NCBI GenBank assembly: GCA_001179505.1
Contig: CDMY01000461.1
Location: 8,066 to 72,065 of the forward strand
Reading direction: 5' to 3'
DNA: 64,000 nucleotides
DNA from: Vitrella brassicaformis CCMP3155
Taxonomy: Eukaryota > Protista > Chromerida
Positions 12,408-24,300 of the stretch are shown here, one piece after another. Position 1 is the first letter of the stretch, and each line of letters begins with the position of its first letter. The position numbers were made by a program, and so were the translations under genes. The notes below the pieces were generated by a model, which saw only the letters and a list, made by a program, of their open reading frames with translations, ran no database searches and was not told where the DNA came from.

Positions 12408-15400
12408 ATTGATACAACAAGCCCCAACTCCTTCTTCGTTTTGTCACTGTTCTGTCTGTCCAGTTCGCTCCAATGACGATGGCGTGTTCGGCATGACGTA
12501 CAGCGAGCACCGTTGGGACTTCCACCGTGTCCGTGAGGTCGAGGCGCTGCTCAGAAGACAGCCCTGGGCGGCCATGAAGACCATCGTCGTCTTTGCGTGG
12601 CGACAGTCTGACGCTGAGATGCTTGCAGATTCCCTGATGAAAACACGTACCTTAGGACACACACACCACTCAGAGAGTGACAGTGTTGTGTTGTGATGTG
12701 TTGTGGTTTGTTGTGTGCACTGCAGGTGTGTTTGGGGAGGTGGAACCCTATCACTTGGGGCGAACGAGGGGACAGCTGGCCGCGGTGATGGATCGATTCA
12801 TGACAGGTGAGGAACTGAGTGGGCTATGGGCGTCCATCCACACACACACACACACACACGCGGAGCATACAGACACGCATGACATGGCTGCCCACGTGTG
12901 TTGTGTTGTGTCGTGTCTATGTGTGTGTAGGGAAGGTTCGCGTGTTGGTTGCGACGAGTGGCGTTGACCTCGTCCACGCAGGCCACGCGCCGCGAGCGGA
13001 CGGGGTCATCCACTTGACCATCCCGAAGTCCATCGAGAACTACGTCAAGGACACCAAATACACAGGCGGACAGCCGCACCACAACGGTGCGCACACACGA
13101 CCGACCGACACGTCTGCACCGTACCTCTCTCCCTCTCTCTGCCTGCCTGCCTGCCTGCTCTCTGCCTGCCTGCCTGCCTGCCTGTTTGTCTGTCTGTCTG
13201 TCAGGTGCTGATGGCCACCGCGGCCATTCTCATGTCTTTGTGCGTCCCGAGGACCTTCGAATGATGCACCGCAACGCGAGCGTGCCGTTGGTGGACCCCT
13301 GGGCGGCCACCCGCCTCGCCTGCACACTCATGGACCACCGCATCCAGCCACGTGCCAATGCACGCACCAACACCAGCATCCACACTTTCTTACACGTCAG
13401 CCGATCGGACCAGCAGCCTGAAAGTGGCCAAGGTGGTGGTGGTGGTCGTGTGGTGGCCGTCAGTCTGCCGTCGACTCACGCCATGGCGGCCCCCAACGCC
13501 CAGGCACCCGATGACGTCACGACCTTCTTCCGCATGCTCGACGACACGATACAGCACCAGTAGCAGCAGCAGCAAGACGACCCACCCACCACCGGCACCA
13601 CGCGCATCTATCCCAACGTGCCCCTCACATACAAGCTGCGCTTCCTCCGGACCACCAAGGACGCCGTATGCGAGAAATCCGACTTCATGCGGTCCTTCAT
13701 GGCCACCGCCACGCAGGACGCCAATAGTGTGTGGAGTGTACGGGCGGTGGAGGCCGTCACCGCCACGGACAGGAGCCCCCCGGAGCTGTCACAGCAGCTG
13801 GCTAACTCGGCGCATGACGAGGGCTTCACGGTGGGCAGGTGCGATTGGCATGCGAGGGGCGTGGTGGTCCACATGAGGGGAGGCGAGCCACAGGAGGATG
13901 GTCGTGAGCATGCATTTGGGGGCATCAGGGCGGCTGTGGAGGCTACCCTACAGAAGCTGTATGAGGCACTCACGTACGGGAGCGGCAGACAGGCAATACA
14001 CGGACAGAGGTGGGAGGGTGGGTGAGTGGACGGGCTTGTATGTGTTCTTCTCTCTGTGTGTGCGTGTATCGATCAGGCTTAGTCTTGCCAAGTTGGAGGC
14101 GGCCTTCATGGCCTTGTACCTGTCAACCAAGGAAACCGGCGCACAGGCGCAACTAGACAAACTGAATTCGCTCGTCCAGGTACGCACACACTCACTCACT
14201 CACTCACTCACACACACGGCCCACACCGCACTGTCCTTGAATGCGTGCAGGCGTATTTCGCGCACACCGAGGGCGGTGCTGGGTGTCACCACGGCCCGGT
14301 GCGGGTGGTGTGCGAGGCCGCCGTGGGGGCAGCCAAGGCCGACGGCCTCCGTGTGGAGTCGCTGCTGGACATCTGCGGCGGCGAGATCGGCAGCGAAAGT
14401 TTCTTAAGATTCAAACACGTAAGTCATCTGCGCGGTACGTCTGTCTGTGTCTTTGCCGAGCTCAGTGCTTTCATTGTGTGCGTGTCTGTGTCTTGTGTGC
14501 AGCTGTTTGCCTCGGTCCCCATGAACAGTGACCAAGTGGACCAGTGGGGCATCAGTACTCTCAACGGCGTCAGGCATCGCACCAAGATCGCCAACCAGCT
14601 CTCACACGCCGTCAAGAACACACTCAAGAACATGTACGAAGTCATGCAGCACATCAATTCATCCATCCATCCATCCCCTGTGCATGCGGCTGCTTTGTGT
14701 GCTATCCATGCAGGCCTCTTCTGTACGAGTTGACCGAGCGGCGACCTACCGCGAGCGCGAGAGACGTGGCTGTCAACCACCTGGCGCCTCTCACGATCGC
14801 ACGGGCCCTGGCGCGCATCAACACCCACTCCCTGGTGGGCGGAAGAAACCCCTGGCTGGGACCAAACCCATCCGTCGATCCGATCCATGATGGCATCTTT
14901 GTTTCTCTATGTGTGCAGCCCAAGTCGGTGTCTGAGGCCTTCAGCCCGATCACCATGGGTGCCCCTGANNNNNNNNNNNNNNNNNNNNNNNNNNNNNNNN
15001 NNNNNNNNNNNNNNNNNNNNNNNNNNNNNNNNNNNNNNNNNNNNNNNNNNNNNNNNNNNNNNNNNNNNNNNNNNNNNNNNNNNNNNNNNNNNNNNNNNNN
15101 NNNNNNNNNNNNNNNNNNNNNNNNNNNNNNNNNNNNNNNNNNNNNNNNNNNNNNNNNNNNNNNNNNNNNNNNNNNNNNNNNNNNNNNNNNNNNNNNNNNN
15201 NNNNNNNNNNNNNNNNNNNNNNNNNNNNNNNNNNNNNNNNNNNNNNNNNNNNNNNNNNNNNNNNNNNNGCCCGCAAGACAGAGAACAACAAGAAGGGCAA
15301 CAAGAAGAGGGCGGCGGACACTGAGCTGGACGAGGGAGGCCAGCGAGGCGCCAAGTGGCGAAAGAGGAACCATCAGGCGGGGGAGGGCAAGAAGCGGCCG

Positions 15401-15550
15401 AGGGAGACGACAGCTGTGGCGCCCACCACACACCACACGGACCAGCGCCAGCGCACCGCTCTGCCTGCTCCTGCTGCTGCTACCGCTGCCGATCATAGTG
15501 AGCCCACGCACAAGTACAACACCCGGAGCAAGAAGCGGAAGGTGGTGTGA
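11133..15550 (+). CDS. UBA domain fused to a degenerate RECQL4-like helicase C-terminal half; internal in-frame TAG at 13561-13563, possibly a pseudogene
   Basis: UBA: DQDKVQGLVAMGFPRLNAEFALL..DMGRAIDLL. Helicase-C-like: TIVVFAWRQSDAEMLADSL, PYHLGRT..MDRFMTGKVRVLVAT, VIHLTIPKSIENYVK. RECQL4-like tail: LAPLTIARALARI. Crosses gap 14969-15268 and ends in a Lys/Arg-rich SKKRKVV*. Confidence 0.65.
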
Positions 15551-15599
15551 CCTGATCTGACCCGTGTCAGTCGTACGGTATATGCATTAGTTGACCAGA

Positions 15600-17340
15600 C
15601 GCAGTCAGTTGTGGTGGGGTGGGCTTGCGTGGGGAGGGGAGGCGTTCTGTGCTGTGCTGTGCTGTGCCACCCACCAGTGGCAGGCAGCCCAGCCACACGT
15701 CTGCCTGTCTGTCTACCCACGCCCTTGCAATGCCTACCTGCATCCACGTAACACTCCCACAGACGGACGGACCGCTTCTCGTAGCTACCTACCTATCTCC
15801 GTCGGCCTGTCTGTCTGGCTGTCTGTCTGGCTGTCTTGGCTGATGAATGTGTGATGTGTTTTGATTCTGTCCGTCTGGCTGGCTGTCGGTCTGTATGTGT
15901 GTGAGCATGCGCCAGAGAGGGCACAACAGACACACACCCAAACACACACACACACTCACCACCAATCGAAGGGGAGGGAAGGAACGATGAATGGATCAAC
16001 GGCACCACACATGCCGTGACACTCACAGGGGGATGGATGGATGGATGGATGACACAGTCTGTCTGCATCGATTTATGGTGTCTGTTGTCTGTCGTGTGCT
16101 GCATGGGTGTGGTGTGCTGCAATGCAATGCACGTTTGGCTGACTGACCGATTTGTCGTCTGATGCCCTTTGTCTGTCTGGAGTGCACACTGTGATTTATG
16201 TCTGTCGTGGAGTGGACGCCTTTCTTTCTTTTTGATGCCGTTTAGTGTGTGTGCCGGTGCGGATGGATGGATGGATGGATGACTGTTGTGCGGGCGGGAG
16301 TGCCTTGCCAGGTCTGGACAGACAAGACGAGACGAGAAGGGATCGAGACATGCATGGGATGGCGGGAGGGGTGGTCTCACGTTTCCTTTCAGACGGCCAC
16401 ACGATGAGCGAGGCAGACAGACAGACAGACGGACTGACGGACGGACGGACAAATAGCTCGGCTGGTCGGTGGGATATATGGGTGGGAGATGAGATGGATG
16501 CGATGCCAAGTGTGGGGTGGTGGCTGTCGCGGGTTTCATTTTGTCGTCGTCGACCTATCGGTTTTTTTCGCCACGGATGGTTGGCCTGTCTTCTTTTGGA
16601 GAGTGTCCCTTGTTCTTCCTTTCTTGTGGGTGGGTGGGTGGGTGGGTGGATGGCTGTCGTCGTTTGTCGGTCGGTCTCTTTTGAGTGGGATGGAATACGC
16701 ACCGCAGTCAGTCAGCGCATTCCCTCGCCCGTCAGCCAGCCAGTCAGTCAGCCAGTCCACTGCTGCCCTGACCTTGCCGTTCTCCAGGAGATAGCGGGGG
16801 ATTGATGGGTAGCGGTGGATCGACGGGCAGGGCAGGGCAGGGCGGGGGCAATGCAATGCAATGCGGGGCAATGCGTGTTGGTGTTTGTTCGTTTTCTCCC
16901 CACACCGCCTCGCAATTAGTTAACCAGTCAGCCCATTACACACATGCTGCTTTTTCCTTCCTCTGGCCGCTTCCTTGAAGAGCTGAGGAGAGGGGCAGCG
17001 ATGGACAAAATCCATGAGGCTAAGGTTCAGTCTGTCGGTCGGTCGGATGGATGGATGGGGGCACGGGTGCAGTCAGTCAGTCAGTCAGTGTGTTTGCCGT
17101 CGGTCGTCGATCCGTTGGGGCCAGTCAGTCAAGGGAAGTCAGTGTGTCCGTCGATATGTATATCTTTCCCTTTCCCTTTGTCACTCTGTCTGTCGACTCA
17201 CTTGGTGTGTGGGTGCGGGGGGTCCACTCCGCGCTGTGATGTTTTCCTTTCCTTGTCGCTCGGCTCGGGTGCTTTGTTTGTTCGGTGACGCGTCTGTCTT
17301 CTTTTTGGAGAGAGAGTAAATGTGTCAAGCGCGTGAAATG
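15600..17340. repeat. Microsatellite-rich intergenic DNA ((GGAT)n, (GACA)n, (GTCA)n, (GGGT)n)
   Basis: Dense short tandem repeats. The listed ORFs here are only translations of those repeats. Confidence 0.8.
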
Positions 17341-17346
17341 TGGAAG

Positions 17347-19466
17347 CGAGCGTCCATTCATCCATCCATCCATCAATCGCCTCGTGTGGCACCACAGCCA
17401 GCCCATCGACCACCCAGTCAGTCAGTCAATCTGCTCGTCTGCTCGTCTGTCTGTCTGTCTGTCTTGCCCACACATACAGTAGCCAAGCCCCTCCCTCTGA
17501 TAAACAGCCAGCCAAGCCCCTCTCTCTCCCTGTTTCCGTGTGCGTCTATATTGTCTGTGTCTGTCTGTCGGTGTGGGTGGCCTGGCCTGCAGCCAAGCAC
17601 CCACGCCAGACAGACAGACAGATTCAATCAAGGGGGCGGGGGAGTCGAGTGCGTCTGCACAGTGTGTGTGTGTGCACACGGCATGGCTGTCTGTCTGTCT
17701 GTCTGTCTGTGGCAAAGTGGCTGGGTGGGAGTGACGTGTGCGCGCAATGATGGTGTTTGATGCAGGGAGTGTGTGTTGGCTTGACTGACGGCAAGTGTGC
17801 GATCGATGAGCGCCGACGAAGACACGACAGTGTGTGACTGGTTGGTCGATGCAGAGGGATGGAATACCCACAAATGTCAGTACTAGAGGTGCTTGCAGGC
17901 ACCGATGCGTCGCGTCGAATCCTTTTCATGTCAGAGGGTCTCTCTCTTACAAAGGTCTCCATCCCGCCATCCATGGCCATTCATTCGATAGAGCACCGGT
18001 CCATCCAATGCATTGCAACGACATGTTCACTCATCAACACAGTGCCGTCGACCGGATGGAAATTCCGCTCCTCCAGCGGCCATTCGATCCCCCGCTGCGT
18101 AGGAATCAGACGACTCGCATCGACACAAGCCGCACCAAACCGACACAGAGAGCGGGTGAAAGAGCTGCTGGAGGAACAGTGTCAGTCTTCCACCCAGGCG
18201 ACAAGACGCAAAGGACGAGACAGACACCCAGGCAAAGAAAAGACACATCAGGACGTNNNNNNNNNNNNNNNNNNNNNNNNNNNNNNNNNNNNNNNNNNNN
18301 NNNNNNNNNNNNNNNNNNNNNNNNNNNNNNNNNNNNNNNNNNNNNNNNNNNNNNNNNNNNNNNNNNNNNNNNNNNNNNNNNNNNNNNNNNNNNNNNNNNN
18401 NNNNNNNNNNNNNNNNNNNNNNNNNNNNNNNNNNNNNNNNNNNNNNNNNNNNNNNNNNNNNNNNNNNNNNNNNNNNNNNNNNNNNNNNNNNNNNNNNNNN
18501 NNNNNNNNNNNNNNNNNNNNNNNNNNNNNNNNNNNNNNNNNNNNNNNNNNNNNNNNCGAGCGTCCATTCATCCATCCATCCATCAATCGCCTCGTGTGGC
18601 ACCACAGCCAGCCCATCGACCACCCAGTCAGTCAGTCAATCTGCTCGTCTGCTCGTCTGTCTGTCTGTCTGTCTTGCCCACACATACAGTAGCCAAGCCC
18701 CTCCCTCTGATAAACAGCCAGCCAAGCCCCTCTCTCTCCCTGTTTCCGTGTGCGTCTATATTGTCTGTGTCTGTCTGTCGGTGTGGGTGGCCTGGCCTGC
18801 AGCCAAGCACCCACGCCAGACAGACAGACAGATTCAATCAAGGGGGCGGGGGAGTCGAGTGCGTCTGCACAGTGTGTGTGTGTGCACACGGCATGGCTGT
18901 CTGTCTGTCTGTCTGTCTGTGGCAAAGTGGCTGGGTGGGAGTGACGTGTGCGCGCAATGATGGTGTTTGATGCAGGGAGTGTGTGTTGGCTTGACTGACG
19001 GCAAGTGTGCGATCGATGAGCGCCGACGAAGACACGACAGTGTGTGACTGGTTGGTCGATGCAGAGGGATGGAATACCCACAAATGTCAGTACTAGAGGT
19101 GCTTGCAGGCACCGATGCGTCGCGTCGAATCCTTTTCATGTCAGAGGGTCTCTCTCTTACAAAGGTCTCCATCCCGCCATCCATGGCCATTCATTCGATA
19201 GAGCACCGGTCCATCCAATGCATTGCAACGACATGTTCACTCATCAACACAGTGCCGTCGACCGGATGGAAATTCCGCTCCTCCAGCGGCCATTCGATCC
19301 CCCGCTGCGTAGGAATCAGACGACTCGCATCGACACAAGCCGCACCAAACCGACACAGAGAGCGGGTGAAAGAGCTGCTGGAGGAACAGTGTCAGTCTTC
19401 CACCCAGGCGACAAGACGCAAAGGACGAGACAGACACCCAGGCAAAGAAAAGACACATCAGGACGT
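17347..19466. repeat. 910-bp apparently perfect direct duplication flanking a 300-N gap (17347-18256 = 18557-19466)
   Basis: The two copies are identical by eye at offset 1210 and abut the gap 18257-18556 on both sides. This is typical of unmerged contig ends. Confidence 0.9.
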
Positions 19467-19563
19467 CAACTGTCCCCCCCTCCTCCCTTCTACCCCCTCC
19501 TCCCTGTCTACCCCCTCCTCCTCACACACACATATATAGAGGGAGGGACGAATGCACACGCTG

Positions 19564-20818
19564 CTACGCATCGCCAGCTGCAGGGCCACCTGATCACCCA
19601 AAAGACAACACAACACAACACAACACACCAATCAAGCCAAGCCCGTGTTGGTGCAGGAGTGAATGACGGGCGCGCCTCAGGTACCTACCTTGCTGCTGCA
19701 GCACTCGTACTATCTCCCTAACGGCAGCGAGCCTCCTCTCCTCACGCTCTATCTGCAGCTTCTTGCGGTCCGCCACAGGCCCGATCCGTGTGCCTGGCGG
19801 CTGGCGTCTGTCACACCCTGGGCGCTCCAACTCACAGTGCAGGAAGCCGATACGACCTGAATCAATCGGACATACACATACGCGCACAGGCCATCCATCC
19901 ATCCACTCTTTCTCCGGTGGGGTGCGTACGTGAGATGTCGTCCCTGGCGTCGTCCAGTCTGTCGATGACCGTCTGCCACCACGCAGCGGGCATCTCCCCC
20001 ATCAGCTTCTGCACCTTCCCCGCCCCCTGACCCGCCCCCTGGCCCGTACACCCCTCCATCACGGTCTCATACACCACCCACCCCACCACCTTGTTCTTGA
20101 TGGCCTTGTCGTTCTTCAAGGCCGGCTTCTCGCGCAGGACCAAGGCCAACACGCCGGCCAGGTGCAGGGCCTCACTCCCGCCGCCGATTGTGGGGTGAGA
20201 GGGGGGAGGGGCAGGCTGTGAGGGGGGACGGGCAGGCTGTGATGCGTACGTGTGGGCCGGCAGGCTGGGAAACTCGGTGGGGTATCCATCATCAGCAACG
20301 TCAAGGGGGGAGCGGGGAGTGGGAGTGGGGGAGGGGAGTGGGGAGTCGGGGAAGTGGGGGGGAGTGGGGACTATGGGGAGGGCCTTGCTTGGGGGGCCAA
20401 GAGGAGGTGAGTCGAAGTGCTCCATGATGCGGTTGAACAGCAAGTCGGCGTAGTTGTCCATCCCGAGGTAGTTACAGGCGACCCACAGGTGCAGCAGGCC
20501 CGTCTTGGCCGCCTCGTCGTCCGACTGGTCCGCCGCCGGCAGCGGGGTGGCTCCGGGGAGGCTGCGGATGTGCTCGTTGAGCTTGCGGCCATCGGTCATG
20601 CCGCGCAAAAAGGCGAAATTGATGAGCTCGCCGAACGTGTTGGGGTGAATGTTGGGCAGCGTGATCGTGTGGGTCTCCCGCTCAGTGCAGTTCATATGGC
20701 CCTCCAACATGCGCTTGAAAAACGGCGACATGCTCACGAGCAGCGACTTCTTCTCGTAGAAGACCTCCTTCTTGAGGCCGACAATGAGCTTCACCAAGAC
20801 CTCCTCCTTGTGCGCCAT
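19564..20818 (-). CDS. BTB/POZ-domain protein, paralogue 2, with a Pro-rich insertion
   Basis: MAHKEEVLVKLIVGLKKEVFYEKKSLLVSMSPFF.. is nearly identical to 8063-9232 at the N-terminus. Shares the C-terminal intron positions and ends GGPAAGDA*. Confidence 0.8.
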
Positions 20819-21308
20819 CCTGAGGCTGGGCGGCTACTCCGTCAGATGGTGCAAACCTGCAGGCAGACACCAACCACAGCAGCAACGACATCTATGGAAC
20901 GACATCCATGCATCCATCCAACGTCACGCATTCGTTGCTCACCCTTGGCGAGATGTCGCCGTCGTGGTTCGATATCAGCAGCAGTGCTGTGCTCGCTGCT
21001 GCCAGCTGTATGGCTCGGCTTACAGCAGAGAGGGGCACATGAGCGATGGCAGGTGGCGCAACGTCGTCAAAACAGAGGCTGGGCGGCTGGTTGACTCATC
21101 AGAAGCCGCCAAAACACCTTCCTGCGCCTGCCAGCTACTATCACCGGTCCCCGACCGGCTGCTCAGAGCTGCGAGCTTGGCGATCTTCCCTCGAAGGTGA
21201 TTTCTCTTTGGTTTGTCCTGTCTGTATGCCTGGTGCCTCACTTCTGAGAAAGCACATGTGAAAAACGACTTCGCCGCGTTCCATCTCTTCCCGGCTGCGC
21301 CATTCACA

Positions 21309-24300
21309 ATGGATCACACCAACGGGCTGCTGCACCATGCCGATGCGTTCGTCCGGCATGTCGGGTCACTGTCGCCGTCTGAGCAAGAAGCAGTGCTCAC
21401 GCAAGTGCTGGCCAGCCTGAAGGAGGGCGACTTCCAGGACGCGCTGCGGTCTGTCTACACGCTGCAGAGCTACAACGACGAGGGTGAAGATGTGCCGGCA
21501 CGGCTGTGGGATGTCTGGTCCGTGCCGATCTACTGCTTCATTCTCGACCTGTGCGAGTATGTGGTGGAGAAAAACCCGGTGAGCACACAGACACAGACAG
21601 ACAGACAGGGAGGGTCAGTGGTGCGTCCGGTGGTTCATTCACCGCTGCTGTGCTTGCTTTGTTTGCTTGTTTGCTTGTTTGCTTGTTTGCTTGTGTGTGT
21701 GTGTGTGTGTGTGTGTATCACTCAGGAGGCTCGTCCCGGCTCGACGGTGACGATAACTCTAGAGGAGAACTACTTTGCGTCGTATGTGCACATCTACACG
21801 CTGATTGAGAAGTGCCTCGTGCCGCACACCATCTACCGCGACACTGACAGCCGCCGCCGCATCATGAGCCTGGTGAGCCGCATGCTGGAGAACAGCAAGC
21901 GCCGGAAGAAGATGCGCTTCGCCCGGATGTTCGAGAACCGCGTCGTGACGCTCCTGTACTCGCTCTCCGGCATTTCGGTGAGTGAGCAGGGCGGGGAATC
22001 ACACATCACACAGCATACTATACCCGCTGGGTATGGTGGTCATTTCATTGGATCATGTGTGTGGTGTGTCGTGTGTGGTTGGTCAGAACATCTCGCGTCT
22101 GTTCCCGCCCAAGGCCAACCTGCGCAAGGCGCTCGAGCAGGAGATCAACACCTTCGTGGTCAGCAGCGCCGTCAAGGAGGATGACAGAGCCGCATGGGCC
22201 AAGGTACACACACACACATACACACACACACACACATACACACCAGCCACACCAGCCGCCACGTAACGTTACTTACTTTGCCCTCCTTCCTTGTCTTGTT
22301 TTGGCAGACGATTGGCCGCATCCGGGAGGCGGTGAGCACGCTGTTCCACACGGACGCGCTGCTCTACGGGTCGGTGGTGTCGGGCCTGGCCACCTCGGGC
22401 AGTGACGTCGACATGGTGGCGATCCTCCCCCGTGCAGAGGTGCAGAAGCTGATGGTGGGTGCGCCCAGCCACGCCTACATCGAGATGCACCGGCAGCACA
22501 AGTGGCACATCAGCAAGCGCATGATTGAGGAGGCCGACCTGCGGGCGCGGGCGTGCAACAAACTGGGGGAGTATCTCAAGGACGTGAGTGAGACGGGCGG
22601 GACGGAGGGAGGGAGGGATGGTGCAGACGGACACATCGCATCGATGTGTGTGTATGTGTGTGTGTGTCAGCATTACAGCGGTGACATGAAGGTCGACGTC
22701 GCCAGCACAGCGCGCGTGCCAGTGGTGCGCTGCTCGCCTTTGGTACGCAGGCCAACCACACACACTCACACACACACCAATCGCCACACCCTCACTCATG
22801 CGCCTGTGGGTCTGTCTGTGCGCGCAGCCGAGCTGGGGCAGTTCCAGCCAGGACACCTGGGGAGCGGCTTCAACTGAGTGGGGATCGTCCAGCTGGGGTC
22901 CCCCCAAGACGAGCAGCAACGGCAGCGACGACAGCCGAAAGGTACCCACACGCACACACACATGACGGGCACACGACGCACAGACGCATGTGCGCGTGCG
23001 TGCGTGTGTGTGTGTGTGTGGTCAGGAGGATGGCAAGGCCGCTGGTGCGGTTGACATCACGTTCGAGAACCCTTTGGGCATCCACAACTCTAAGCTCCTG
23101 CGCGCCTACTTCGAATCAGCACCACTCGTCAGGAAACTCGGTGAGCAGACGCATGGTGCTCTCATGTCATGTGTGTGCGGCACACACATGACGTCACAAC
23201 TCGACCGGCAGAGATGTGCAGGTAATGTGTGTGCGTCTGCCTGTGTGGGTGTGTGGCGGTCTGTCTGTCAGCGTTGTTCGTGAAGAAGTGGGTGAAGGCC
23301 CGCGGTTTGTGTGACACAACTAATGGGTATTTGTCGTCGTACGCCTGGTCTCTCCTCGTGGTCTTCTACATGCAAGTCAGGTGAGACTCGTGAGATAGAC
23401 AGTCGGCCTAACTGAGTGACAAGGGCACACACACACACACACACACCAGCTCCGGCTCAATCATGTGTGCCTCTGTCTCAATGTGTGTGTGTGTGTGTCA
23501 CAGGCGTCCCCCTCTGCTGCCGAATCTGCAGAAGCCTCGTGACGGCGGTGCTGCCGGCGAGGAGATCGTCGAGACCTACGACTTCCTCAAACACGCTGAC
23601 ATCAAACACAACGTCTGCAGCCACACACACGCCCCACACATCCATCCATCCATCCATCCTACCTTTTCATCAGGTGTGGTTCGACGATCCGCCGCTGGAC
23701 GAGTCGCGCCCGTCGTCCCGCGCCACGCAGCTGAGCAGCTCCTTCCCCTCGGAGCGTGTCTCGTCGTCCATGTCGACGGGCGTGCCGAGTGATGTCGAGG
23801 GCGAGGAGGCCTCAGAGGCGGAGAGCGAGCGTGAGAGGCTGTGCAAGGTGGAGGCCTATGTCAAGGACGCCAAAGACGAGCTCGAAATGCTCAGAATCAA
23901 CAGGTGGGTGGGAGAGAAGGGTGGGTGAGGAGAGGGAGAGGGAGAGGAGGGTGGGGTGCATGCATTGCAGTGCATGGGTGGGTGTCTTGTTGGTCGCTCG
24001 TTCCTTCAGACGTCGTATCAATTCATACGCCGGCAACGTCGAGGGCCTCACACTGCCCGACCTCCTCTATGAGTTCTTCAAGTGAGCGACCCACAAACCA
24101 AACCCACACACAGACACATCACATAACATCCTCCCCTCTCCATCTGATCGGCACTGCATGGATATCGTCAGGTTCTACGCCTGCCAGTTCAACGCGCACA
24201 AGTGCATCGCCTCCATCCGGCTCGCCCCGGCCCTCATGTCCAAGCCCGAGTACATTCGCATGTACCGCCGCGAGCGTCAGTACACCAAGCGCCCCGACTC

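Noticed and set aside
17347-19466. 910-bp direct repeat as a biological tandem duplication or LTR pair
   Set aside because: The copies are identical and abut a fixed-size 300-N gap on both sides, with no TG..CA ends or internal retroelement ORFs. It is most likely an assembly artefact.
20236-20252. 17-bp match GCTGTGATGCGTACGTG shared with about 52082-52098
   Set aside because: No flanking similarity, so it is compatible with chance.
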